DNA of 64,000 nucleotides, taken from IMG/VR virus record IMGVR_UViG_3300025276_000031, positions 6,257-70,256 of that record; one strand, written 5' to 3'. Within the stretch, counting starts at the first letter, position 1, and each line of letters begins with the position of its first letter. The stretch is from a virus. The notes beneath the pieces are model-generated. The model was not told the origin of the DNA. It worked only from the letters and a program-made list of their open reading frames with translations, and did no database searches. The position numbers and the translations under genes are program-made. Of this stretch, positions 10,090 to 19,915 are shown in pieces.

Positions 10090-12042
10090 ATGGCTATTGA
10101 TCCTACAGGTGGACTTAATTCTTTAGTTTCTAGCGAAGCTGAGAATATGTACGGTATGCCGCAACAGGCACTAGAACAACGCGCTAAAGTTTCTGGCGCT
10201 ACTATGGATGCTATTGTTGCACGTAAAGCGTTGGAAATGAAGAAACAGGCCAAGGCCGCATTAGACGCAGAAACACAACCTAGCCCTGATACTATTGTTG
10301 CGCAAAACGAAAAAGCCTTGATGGAAAGTATCCAACAGGAAACATCAGGTACGTTAGGTGATTTGGCTAAACGTACGCAAGGTACAATGGCACAGAAACA
10401 ACGTGTGCAGGGTCAAAATATGCAACGCGCTGCCGCAGGTACACCACGGCCACCACAACAACCACAGCGCCGTCCTATGCCCCCACAGGCTCAAGGATTA
10501 GCTGGCGCACGTATGGCACAGGCTGCACAAGCAGGTGGCCCTAAAATGATGGCGCAAGGTGGCATTGTTGGTTACGCTGAAGGTAAAAAAGTAGGTTCCC
10601 GTGTTAAAGAACGCGTTAAAGAACTAGGTATGGATTTAGCAACTTTTAATGCGTTACCAGAAGAACAACAACGCGCTATTATGAAACAAATATCTGATCA
10701 AAGCACAGCGGCGGCAGCAGGACAATCACTTGGATATGCTCCTGCACAAATAACAGATAAACTATATCGCAATCCTATGGCAGCAATAGGTAATTTAGGC
10801 ATAGCCGCAGCAGAATCACGCGTGGGACGTGCTATAGGGTTGGGAGATGCTGCAGACCCTATGACCCCATTTGAATACAACCCTAATGTTAAAAAAATAG
10901 ATGCCGCAGTAGAAAAAAATCTTGCGCCCGATGGAACAGATTTTAGAGATTTATTACCCGTAGGATCAAATACAGGTACACCGTTACAAATGCCTCCTGA
11001 AGGTCCAGCTAGTTTAATGCCCCCCAATCCTGACGGGTCTACCGCTGTTCCTCCTCCTCCAGTACCTACTCCTGCACCTGAAATAGCAAGACCTGAAGAT
11101 CAAGGACTTGGTGGATTAGACGCTACGCCACAAACTGCAGGTGCTGTTGAACTGCCTAATATTACTACCGAGAACAGAACAAATGTAGATGAAGCTGTGC
11201 AAGCAGGTTTTGCACAAGCCGATGCAAATTCTAATCGTGATAGTAACATTGCTAGTATGGAAGATCGTCTTGCTGCATTAGATGAATACGATGCAGAAAC
11301 TTATCGAACTCCCGAAGAACAAGCTAGTAGAGAAGTTCAATCGTTCTTAGTTGGTATGGGTAATACAGGTAATTTAGGTTCAGCTATGCGTGGTGGTTTG
11401 GCTGCTATGAGCAACGAGGAACGCATATCTAGGTCTAATGGACGAAAACGTTTAATAGATAAATTTGAGAAACAGAAAGATATAGCTACTACCGACAAAG
11501 ATTTTGCTCAAATGGGCATACAACTAGGTACGCAACTTGCTAGTGACGCTGCTGCAAATGAACGTAATATTCGTGACACTGCTACAAGACTGACTACGGC
11601 ACAAATGACAGCTGCTACTGCAGATGCAGATCGTATTGTTCAACGTGAAAATAATATGTTAGTTGCAGCCGATAAAAAAGTGCAACGTGAAATAGATAAA
11701 GCAAAAAATCAAAGTTACGATGATCGAACTAGACTTACCGCTGCTATTAAAGTTGCAGGCGAAGTAGCTGCTACACGAGATGCTATACGTGCAACCGAGG
11801 TAGAAAATAATCAAGAATTACAAATGCTTGAAATGCAAATGATGGAAGCCAATGAGGACGAAGATACTCAACGTATGCAAGAGATACAGCGAGAAATGAC
11901 TGCAATACGGCGTACCATTGACCTAACTGTAGAAGCTGCTGTTAATGCTGCAAATCTTACGGATAAAGAGTCTACAGCAAACGAAGTTATAGAAGACTTA
12001 ATGGATGATGTGTCCATAACTAATACTACTACAACACCCTAA
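10090..12042 (+). CDS. Internal virion / ejection protein
   Basis: 650 aa, coiled-coil and Pro/Gln-rich, MAQGGIVGYAEG motif. Confidence 0.65.
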   Translation: MAIDPTGGLNSLVSSEAENMYGMPQQALEQRAKVSGATMDAIVARKALEMKKQAKAALDAETQPSPDTIVAQNEKALMESIQQETSGTLGDLAKRTQGTMAQKQRVQGQNMQRAAAGTPRPPQQPQRRPMPPQAQGLAGARMAQAAQAGGPKMMAQGGIVGYAEGKKVGSRVKERVKELGMDLATFNALPEEQQRAIMKQISDQSTAAAAGQSLGYAPAQITDKLYRNPMAAIGNLGIAAAESRVGRAIGLGDAADPMTPFEYNPNVKKIDAAVEKNLAPDGTDFRDLLPVGSNTGTPLQMPPEGPASLMPPNPDGSTAVPPPPVPTPAPEIARPEDQGLGGLDATPQTAGAVELPNITTENRTNVDEAVQAGFAQADANSNRDSNIASMEDRLAALDEYDAETYRTPEEQASREVQSFLVGMGNTGNLGSAMRGGLAAMSNEERISRSNGRKRLIDKFEKQKDIATTDKDFAQMGIQLGTQLASDAAANERNIRDTATRLTTAQMTAATADADRIVQRENNMLVAADKKVQREIDKAKNQSYDDRTRLTAAIKVAGEVAATRDAIRATEVENNQELQMLEMQMMEANEDEDTQRMQEIQREMTAIRRTIDLTVEAAVNAANLTDKESTANEVIEDLMDDVSITNTTTTP

Positions 12043-12060
12043 TCTGCGGAAGTTTATTTT

Positions 12061-15000
12061 ATGGCTACATATGCACTTGATCTGTCCGATGGTTCGCAAA
12101 TTAGTGTAAACGCTCCTAATGGTGCTACTAACGCAGAATTATTAAAATTAGCAAAACAACAACGTCGTGAAACACGAAAAACTGCGGCTAACGAACGTAG
12201 GGATGCCCGTGCTGACGATCTTTACGGGGAAATGGAAAACGTACCTCGACAAGCAATTTCGCAAGATGATGGTTTGTTTACTGATCTAGCCAAAGGTTTT
12301 GGTTCAGGGTTTGTTGGTACAGGCGAAATGGCGGCGTTAGGTGCAGCTACGTTACTAGATGAACAAGCTGAAGTTGTTGCTCGTGATAAAATACAAGGTA
12401 TTGCAGATGCAATAAAACCTAGCGGTGGCGACACTGATGATTTGTCATACAAGATTGGTCAAACATTTGGTTCTATTGCGGGGTTTGCTGTACCGATTGC
12501 TGGTGTAGCCGCAGGTATAGCTGCATTACCCGTTGCTGCTCCCGCTGCAGCCGTAGCTACAGGCGCAGGCGCGTTACTTGGTGTAGGTACAGCCGCTGGT
12601 GAAGCTAGTGAACGTGCCCGTGCCGCAGGCGCTACAGAAGAACAACGTAATACTGCTATTCGCAAAGCCGCACCTTTTGGTTTGTTAGAGGTTGCACCTC
12701 TTGGCAGATTTATGAAGTCGGTAGATGTTCCTGTAATTAACAAACTTATGGACAAACTTGGTCCTGAAGAAGTTGAAACCATAGGACAACGTATTCAAAA
12801 TGCTGCTGTAACAGGTGGCGCAGAAGGCGCACAAGAAGCTACTGCTGAGATTATTCAAAACCTTGCCGAACGTGGATACAATCCAACACGAGACATTTTA
12901 GAAGGATCAGGAGAGTCTGCTGCGTTAGGTGGTGGTGCAGGTGCGGCTATTCAGTTCCTTGTTGATGCGTTTACAAACAGTCGCAAAACTGGACCTGCCA
13001 CGCCAGAATCTGCACAGCTTGAGATGGACTTGCAAGGTGGTAGCGGTGCTGCTCCACGGCCCGGACTTCGCACCAATTTTGAAGGTGAACAAGGTGAGAT
13101 GTTTGCGGATGAGGTTGATTTAGGTCAGGCACCTCAACGTGAAGGCGTTGCTCCAGAACCTGATCCGCGCCAAAAAGAATTTGATTTTGGTCCCGAACCA
13201 GACAGTGAACCTGATCTTGTAGATCGTATGCAACAAAAGTTGCTTACAGGGCCAGATGATCTTGGTATACAATTAGATGATGGCATTTATACTGACGTAC
13301 CATACGCTACTACACGAGATCAACGAACGGCCCGTACCTCTGAAGGAATAGCTAGTTTATCCGCAGCAAATAAAAACAAAGCTGCAGTAATAGAACAAGC
13401 CAAGGCTGAATTACAAAACGACGGCATGATAACGCCTAAAACGCGTAAAGACATAGAGGCTACCCTCACACCAAAAGAGGCTGCTGACGCCTTAAAAGAT
13501 GCACGGTACGAGCCTATATTATCTACACTGGGTCAAGGTCCACTAGCTTCAGCACCAAATGTACCACAGGATAACCGTGCATTTGGTGACGTTCAACGCG
13601 ATCTTGTACCCCCAAAAGAAATACAAAATAAAGAAAATTTTGATGCGGCTGTAGAACGAAGTCGTGAAGGTGGGCTTGGCGCATTAACCAATAAAATTGG
13701 AGTAGAAGAACAAGCTGCACAAGCTAAAGCGCGGGACCGTCAAGGATTAGCCGCTGCAGAACGCGGTGATGTAGAAGCCTTTGAGCAACCTGACCTGTTT
13801 GCAATGGAACGCGAACAAGACGAACGTAAGTACGGCAAACCTGCACCTGCGCCTGAAGCTGTGTCTGAGATGTTAGGACCAATAGATTCAGGTAGGGCAG
13901 CTAATCCCGAGATAGATTTAGTTGATCGTATTGCTGCACTTGAAGCACAAGAGACAGGCGCAAACGTACGTAAAGCTACAGAACAAGCGCGACAAAAACA
14001 AGAAAACATAGACGTAGACACCGAGTTAGGTCTGCGTGATATGCAAGAAAGAGTAGCCCCAAGAGATCGAAGCAAAGCAGAAAAACAAAGGACAGACCCT
14101 GCGTTTGACTTTGTTAATGAAGATTTAGGGCGTAAACCTGAACGTCCTATAATTCCTGTTACCGCAACTAGAGCGCTTAGCGGACCAGATTTACGTGAAG
14201 GTTCAATTAATAAACAACCACAAAATGATGCAGAACAACTAGCGTTTGATTTTGCAGTACCCGAACCGTTGAAAGGACCACAAGATGCAAACAATCAATC
14301 AACTGACGCGGGAACAAGTGGAACTAGCGATGCAAATGCTGGACAACAGCGTGAGAGTGACGGGCAAACCGGAGCCGCTGCAAGTGCCGCTGGAGTTAAG
14401 TCACCTGACGGAAAAGGAGTGGGACGCGCTAGCCGAGGGGCTGGCAAGTCTGGTCGTGGAACAGGCAAGGGCAACGATTCATTAAAGGCAGGCGCTGCGC
14501 CTAAAGCCAAGAAAACCTACAAAGGTAGGGACATCAACACAACTTATTACCACGGCACTACTAAAGCCTTTGAGGGTGTTCCTGATCCTACTAGAGGTAC
14601 AGTAGAAGATAGCGATTACGGTCCTGCAGCGTATCTTAGTAAAAATAAAAATATTGGATTTGGCGAAGGTAAAAAAGGTCGGCTTATTGAAGTCAATATA
14701 GACACTTCTAATTTTGTTGATGTGCAAAATCCTGATGCTATACCTGATACACACCGTGCTAAAGTTATAGAGTATTTACGCAAACGTACGGGTAACGCTA
14801 AATCACCTGTAAATGTTTCTGCAATTACAAAAGATAATACAGTAGAGGTGTCATACACGGGGCCCAGAGCAAGTGTTTTAGAAAAACCTGAAGACAAAAC
14901 TTTTACGTTAGACTTTAGTAGTCACTCTAAGTTTTTAAAATCTTTGCTGCCTGTACTGCGTGGGCTTAGAACTTCGGGTAACAACACTAACACCCAAGAT

Positions 15001-18000
15001 ATACGCGATGCGTTAGTAGCTGCAGGGTTTGATGGTGTAATTACTGACACAGGTTCGACAAGAGGCATGAGCAACATAGCCGTCTACAACAAAGACGTTA
15101 TGACCTTAAAAGGCGCGATGTTTAAAAATAATAGATCAGAAGAAGAAGACAAAGACACAAAAAATAAAAAACCCGCTGAGTTTAATCGTGATGCTGTAGG
15201 TGGAAAAACAACAGGGGCAGCAGGACAAGTAATTCCCGGCGTAGCGCGGTCTAAAACAACTGATAAAAAAATATCAGCAGATACAAAAGAACGGTTTGCG
15301 CCTAAATCTCAAGAAAAAACATCTAACCAACAGTTTGCAAATCAAAGTGCTACACCTGCAAAGAAAAATCGTGCTGAAACTGTTAACTCTAAAGAAGCTG
15401 ATGTTGCACATAAGGCTAGGTTTGAAGCTCAACCTAAAGCTATTCAAGACATTGGTAAGGCTGACACTGAATCAAACGCCCCTAATGCACCTATGACTGC
15501 ATCAGACAAAAATAAAATATTAAAATTGTTAAACGACAAACGTAAAACTGGCAAACTTACAAACGCGGCAAGAAAATATTTTGATTCGTTTCCTACATTT
15601 ACTGGAGCAATAGATGCACTTACTTATGATGTAGGTATGCAAGTGTCACGATCTCGTAGAAACGAAGACTATACAGAAACTACAGCACAAGAACAATTTT
15701 ATTTAGATGATAAATCTAAAAGTATGCCTGCTATGACAGAAAAATCTGCGCGTCTTGTTACGGATTGGATGACTAAAGATGCAGGTATGTCTTCTACGTT
15801 TGTTAAACACGTCAACCAACTTATACAAAATGAAAGTGCAGCTAGGGCAGCACAAAGACAATACCTTAAATCAGATAAGGTAGCAGAAGCAGCTGCAAAT
15901 TTATCGCCCGAAGCGTTAACAATACGTGAAGCAGATTTAGCAAAAGACGCTAAAAAGCCATTACTTGCCGAGGCTACAATAGACACACCTCTACGACCCG
16001 TAGTAAAAACTATGTTACTTAAAGGAGATTTGGGTGGTGCGCTAAGTGCATTAGGACTTACTTCTCCGTCACCTTTAGTGCAGCGTTTAGCTACTAAATT
16101 AGGGAAAAATATTGGTGCTACTAAACTAACAACGGCTGCGAATTTAAAAACTCCTGATGGGGTTTCTGTCGCTGGCTATTTTGATCCTAAGACTAACACC
16201 ATTACGCTAAACAAAACATCTGGTATCAACGCACACACCTTGTTGCATGAGATGATACACGCAGTCACGTCTGCTACAATAGCAAACAAGTCACATCCAC
16301 TTACAAAACAACTGACTAAAATATTTGAGGGTGTGAAAGCGCAGGAATTGGCAACGGGCGAATATGCGGTCACAAACTTAGATGAGTTTGTAGCTGAAAC
16401 TTTGGCTAACCCTGACTTCTCCACACAGATGAAAATAACTACGGTCAACGGACGCAACCCGTTCTATCAAATGGCTCGGTCTATTGCTAATTATGTTAGG
16501 ACATTGCTCGGACGCCCTACAGTGCCGGAACAATCTACCTTTGATGCCGTTGACAACTTAGTACAAGCCCTCATGTCTCCTACACTTGAAGGACGCAACG
16601 CTAGTAAGATGTACGTAATGTCTCAAACTGTTGCAGGATCAAAAGCGATAATTAACAACCTCGCAACAAGCACGATAAAAGTTGACGATAAATACATTGA
16701 CGCTGTCCGTGACGCGATAGGAGATATACCTAGAACTGCACGTAAAGTGTTCCTTAAATTTATGCCTGTAAATGTGTTGGGTAAACTAGCAAGGTCTAAG
16801 ATTGCGGAAGCCCCCGAACTTAACACTATTGTAAATGGTATGAGTAACGCGTTACGTGAGGCCAACGACAAGCTACGCCCCTTGGTCGAAGACATAAGGC
16901 AGATGAAAAAAGACAAAACTCCCAAGGCGGTTAAAGATTATGCCACTCTATCTTATCTCGTACCTAACGCGTCATACTACAGGATCGACCCTCGCGAACC
17001 TAACTTTAAAAAAGCCTACAGCATTAAAAAAGACGCAGCAAAACGGTTAAGTCCTGTAGAGGCTAAAAAAATACATGACGAACTCCGTGCCCAATACTTG
17101 AGCATGGATCAAAATGGGCAGAAACTATATCGCACCATCACCAATATGTTTGAATCCCGTTTGACAGACGCACAGGCCGCAGTTGACGCCGCGATTGCAG
17201 CAAGTATTCCTGATGATGCAGGACGTAAGTCTGCCACCAAACGATTAGCCGAGTTGTTAGAAGCGGAACGTGGCGCTATCAAACCATTTGCGCCGTTAAC
17301 ACGCGCTGGCAACTACAGACTTGAGTATAACACAATAGACCCTAAATCAGGACTACCTGAGTATTTTATTGAATACTTTGACGGTGTATCTGCAAGAGAA
17401 CGTGCAAAGAAAAACGTAACCGAGTACAATGCAAAACTTTTAGCGGGAGGTAGTCTATCTACTGCACAACGTGCGTACATAAACAAACCTATGCAAGAGG
17501 GTGTACGGGGGGCTAACTTTAATTTTGATCAAGCCCCGCAAAACTCGTTTGTGTATAAGTTATTAAAGGAACTAGACGCTGCAGGTGTACCAAAAGAAAC
17601 GTATAATGGTGTTATAGAGTTGGTCCTAGATTCTATGCCCGAACGATCATTCATGCAATCGTTTCGTAAACGTGGGGATAAACGCGGGTTTGCAGGAGAT
17701 GTTACACCTACAGGTATGGCACAAGAGGCGTTTGACTTGCTTGACACTGTGCAAAGCAAAGGTCGTGATTATAACCGACAAATCATACAAATGCAGTACG
17801 GTTCTAAAATACAAAAATGGAAAACTGGTGTTAATGACAAATACAAAACCGAAAATTTAGACGATACAACCGCTGATTACAAAAAGACTTTGTTTAGCAT
17901 CGCTGATTTTGCGCAAAGCCCTAACGTAGCACGTTGGTCACAGAACGCCACATCGTTGGGATATGCGTGGACTATGGGCTTTAACCTATCTTCTGCAGCT

Positions 18001-19617
18001 ACGGCCATATTCGATGTCCCTATGTCTGGCGCACCAAGATTGATGGGTAAGTATGGAGACAAAGCGGCCATCAAAGCGTTGGGTAGGGCTGCAAGCGTTC
18101 TAAAAAATAGCCCCAAAGAACGGCTTATAGAGACATATGGTAGTGAAGTTGACAGCGCGGGTAATGCCATACCCGAAAAACGTAAAATTAACGGCGGCAT
18201 GGCTGGGTTCTCTGTGGTCAACTATAATTTTGACGCGATTCGTAACATGTCGGACGCTGAATTAAAAAAAGCAGGTATGACGAAGGCACAACAAAAGAAA
18301 CTGTTAGACTTGGAAATGTTAGCGGAAGTTGGTAGCGAAAACGCGCAGTTTAGTCAGTCGCTAAACCAAGAACACATGGACGTAACACGGGGCAAAGATC
18401 GTCTTGAGATGTTGAACGCGTATACTAGCTGGTTTTTCCACCACTCCGAGCGTTATAGTCGTGAAGTCCTTATGACAGCTACCTACGAACTAGAATTAGA
18501 CCGTTTACGTAACAATCCCAAACCTGCAGAACGTAATATGTCAGACAGTGAGAAGCAACGCGCTGCTGCACTTGAAGCCGTTAACGAGACAGAGACAACG
18601 CTGGGTGCTACTGCATCTGCAGGGCGTCCTGTTATTGCACAATCTGGCATTGGTAACGTGTTTATGTTGTTCAAGCGGTTTGCCATCAGCAAATACGCCA
18701 TGATGATTGAAATGACTAATGACGCCTTTAAAGGCGCAACTACAGATGCAGAGAAACAAGATCGTGCCATAGCCCGAGGACAGTTGGGTAGGTTTATGGT
18801 ATCTTCTGCTGCGTTTGCGGGTGTGGCAGGTATGCCCCTGATGGGTGCATTGGGCATGATGTACGATATGTATAGTGACGATGATGAGGACAACTTTGAC
18901 GCGGTACTGGACAAAAGTCTTGGCACGACACTTAGCCGAGGATTGGTGAACGCCGCGCTAGGGGCTGATATGGCTAGTCGGATTGAAATGAACAGCCTGT
19001 TGTACCGCCCACCGTTTATTGACAAGGATCAATCGCAGCTTTGGACGTTGGCTGAACAGTTGGGTGGCCCCATTGTTGGTATAACTTTGAGTATGGAGCG
19101 AGGTATCGGGCTGTTTAACGAAGGTGAATTTGTCCGAGGCACGGAAGCGGTAATGCCAGCCGCTGTACGTAACGTGATGAAGGGTGGAAGGTACGCAACC
19201 GAAGGAGCACTAACTCGTCGTGGTGACGCTATCAGCGAGGATATAGGTTTGTTCCAGACGATAATGCAATTTGGTGGGGCGCAGCCTACGGTTATATCCG
19301 ACCAACACCGCATAAACAGAAACAACCGTGGTAAAGACGATCATCTAAAAGAAACACGCACTAAGTTACTACGTAAATTAAACTTTGCGGCCTCACAAAA
19401 CGATGCCCGAGGATACCTTGCGGCATATAAAGAGATTGTAAAATACAACCGCGACTTACCTACTGCAGCGCGGGGGCGTAAAGTCATACTTAAAGAGACT
19501 ATTGATAGGTCACGTAAATCGTACGAGGATCGCACCAAAAAGATGTTAGGTGGCATTGAGTACACACCGTTTATGTTATCCAGTAATCGTGAGTATGGTG
19601 ACGGTTTGTTTGATTAA
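12061..19617 (+). CDS. Giant polyvalent ejected protein with ADP-ribosyltransferase-like and zincin metallopeptidase domains
   Basis: 2518 aa; YYHGT...YGPAAYLS...GFDGVI (ART-like, ~14545-15105); HTLLHEMIHA...DEFVAE (HExxH at 16246-16260); long helical C-terminal region; last gene of the late arm. Confidence 0.8.
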   Translation: MATYALDLSDGSQISVNAPNGATNAELLKLAKQQRRETRKTAANERRDARADDLYGEMENVPRQAISQDDGLFTDLAKGFGSGFVGTGEMAALGAATLLDEQAEVVARDKIQGIADAIKPSGGDTDDLSYKIGQTFGSIAGFAVPIAGVAAGIAALPVAAPAAAVATGAGALLGVGTAAGEASERARAAGATEEQRNTAIRKAAPFGLLEVAPLGRFMKSVDVPVINKLMDKLGPEEVETIGQRIQNAAVTGGAEGAQEATAEIIQNLAERGYNPTRDILEGSGESAALGGGAGAAIQFLVDAFTNSRKTGPATPESAQLEMDLQGGSGAAPRPGLRTNFEGEQGEMFADEVDLGQAPQREGVAPEPDPRQKEFDFGPEPDSEPDLVDRMQQKLLTGPDDLGIQLDDGIYTDVPYATTRDQRTARTSEGIASLSAANKNKAAVIEQAKAELQNDGMITPKTRKDIEATLTPKEAADALKDARYEPILSTLGQGPLASAPNVPQDNRAFGDVQRDLVPPKEIQNKENFDAAVERSREGGLGALTNKIGVEEQAAQAKARDRQGLAAAERGDVEAFEQPDLFAMEREQDERKYGKPAPAPEAVSEMLGPIDSGRAANPEIDLVDRIAALEAQETGANVRKATEQARQKQENIDVDTELGLRDMQERVAPRDRSKAEKQRTDPAFDFVNEDLGRKPERPIIPVTATRALSGPDLREGSINKQPQNDAEQLAFDFAVPEPLKGPQDANNQSTDAGTSGTSDANAGQQRESDGQTGAAASAAGVKSPDGKGVGRASRGAGKSGRGTGKGNDSLKAGAAPKAKKTYKGRDINTTYYHGTTKAFEGVPDPTRGTVEDSDYGPAAYLSKNKNIGFGEGKKGRLIEVNIDTSNFVDVQNPDAIPDTHRAKVIEYLRKRTGNAKSPVNVSAITKDNTVEVSYTGPRASVLEKPEDKTFTLDFSSHSKFLKSLLPVLRGLRTSGNNTNTQDIRDALVAAGFDGVITDTGSTRGMSNIAVYNKDVMTLKGAMFKNNRSEEEDKDTKNKKPAEFNRDAVGGKTTGAAGQVIPGVARSKTTDKKISADTKERFAPKSQEKTSNQQFANQSATPAKKNRAETVNSKEADVAHKARFEAQPKAIQDIGKADTESNAPNAPMTASDKNKILKLLNDKRKTGKLTNAARKYFDSFPTFTGAIDALTYDVGMQVSRSRRNEDYTETTAQEQFYLDDKSKSMPAMTEKSARLVTDWMTKDAGMSSTFVKHVNQLIQNESAARAAQRQYLKSDKVAEAAANLSPEALTIREADLAKDAKKPLLAEATIDTPLRPVVKTMLLKGDLGGALSALGLTSPSPLVQRLATKLGKNIGATKLTTAANLKTPDGVSVAGYFDPKTNTITLNKTSGINAHTLLHEMIHAVTSATIANKSHPLTKQLTKIFEGVKAQELATGEYAVTNLDEFVAETLANPDFSTQMKITTVNGRNPFYQMARSIANYVRTLLGRPTVPEQSTFDAVDNLVQALMSPTLEGRNASKMYVMSQTVAGSKAIINNLATSTIKVDDKYIDAVRDAIGDIPRTARKVFLKFMPVNVLGKLARSKIAEAPELNTIVNGMSNALREANDKLRPLVEDIRQMKKDKTPKAVKDYATLSYLVPNASYYRIDPREPNFKKAYSIKKDAAKRLSPVEAKKIHDELRAQYLSMDQNGQKLYRTITNMFESRLTDAQAAVDAAIAASIPDDAGRKSATKRLAELLEAERGAIKPFAPLTRAGNYRLEYNTIDPKSGLPEYFIEYFDGVSARERAKKNVTEYNAKLLAGGSLSTAQRAYINKPMQEGVRGANFNFDQAPQNSFVYKLLKELDAAGVPKETYNGVIELVLDSMPERSFMQSFRKRGDKRGFAGDVTPTGMAQEAFDLLDTVQSKGRDYNRQIIQMQYGSKIQKWKTGVNDKYKTENLDDTTADYKKTLFSIADFAQSPNVARWSQNATSLGYAWTMGFNLSSAATAIFDVPMSGAPRLMGKYGDKAAIKALGRAASVLKNSPKERLIETYGSEVDSAGNAIPEKRKINGGMAGFSVVNYNFDAIRNMSDAELKKAGMTKAQQKKLLDLEMLAEVGSENAQFSQSLNQEHMDVTRGKDRLEMLNAYTSWFFHHSERYSREVLMTATYELELDRLRNNPKPAERNMSDSEKQRAAALEAVNETETTLGATASAGRPVIAQSGIGNVFMLFKRFAISKYAMMIEMTNDAFKGATTDAEKQDRAIARGQLGRFMVSSAAFAGVAGMPLMGALGMMYDMYSDDDEDNFDAVLDKSLGTTLSRGLVNAALGADMASRIEMNSLLYRPPFIDKDQSQLWTLAEQLGGPIVGITLSMERGIGLFNEGEFVRGTEAVMPAAVRNVMKGGRYATEGALTRRGDAISEDIGLFQTIMQFGGAQPTVISDQHRINRNNRGKDDHLKETRTKLLRKLNFAASQNDARGYLAAYKEIVKYNRDLPTAARGRKVILKETIDRSRKSYEDRTKKMLGGIEYTPFMLSSNREYGDGLFD
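14285..14485 (+). CDS. Putative overprinted 66-aa protein nested in the +1 frame of the giant gene
   Basis: AAAGGA RBS 7 nt before ATG; protein-like amphipathic sequence, while the host frame is low-complexity G/A/S/R over the same span. Confidence 0.6.
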   Translation: MQTINQLTREQVELAMQMLDNSVRVTGKPEPLQVPLELSHLTEKEWDALAEGLASLVVEQARATIH

Positions 19618-19618
19618 C

Positions 19619-19645
19619 AAAAAAACCCCCGCTGTGAGGCGGGGG
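19619..19645 (-). terminator. Rho-independent terminator at the convergence of the two arms
   Basis: Minus strand CCCCCGC-CTCACA-GCGGGGG followed by a T run. Confidence 0.8.
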
Positions 19646-19687
19646 AGTTGAGGGAGAACGGCAATGAAGTCTGCCACCCCTGTGTTA

Positions 19688-19915
19688 TCACATCTTTCGC
19701 CATGTGCGAACCCCAAACATTCCAGCCTCTATTCGCACTCGCGTAATCATACGCCATGACTTTAACTCTGCAATTTTTCTTATTTGGTAGGCAGCACGTA
19801 ACGTGTTTACACATGGTATAAAGACAGACGCTCCTACAACCATAGGTTCCCATGCTACAACAATCTTTATCCCGTCAGGGTTAAGGTCATAAATCGTCTG
19901 CGTCTTCTGGTACAC
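19688..19915 (-). CDS. Hypothetical protein
   Basis: 75 aa, W..M.VG.S.FIPC...G.R.WR pattern; overlaps the primase 3' end. Confidence 0.65.
   Translation of the reverse strand: MYQKTQTIYDLNPDGIKIVVAWEPMVVGASVFIPCVNTLRAAYQIRKIAELKSWRMITRVRIEAGMFGVRTWRKM

Noticed and set aside
12929-13123. Other same-strand alternative-frame ORFs in large genes (12929, 15296, 17672, 45921)
   Set aside because: No convincing RBS/ATG pairing, composition typical of frame-shifted readings, and the main frame shows no compensating low complexity, unlike 14285-14485.
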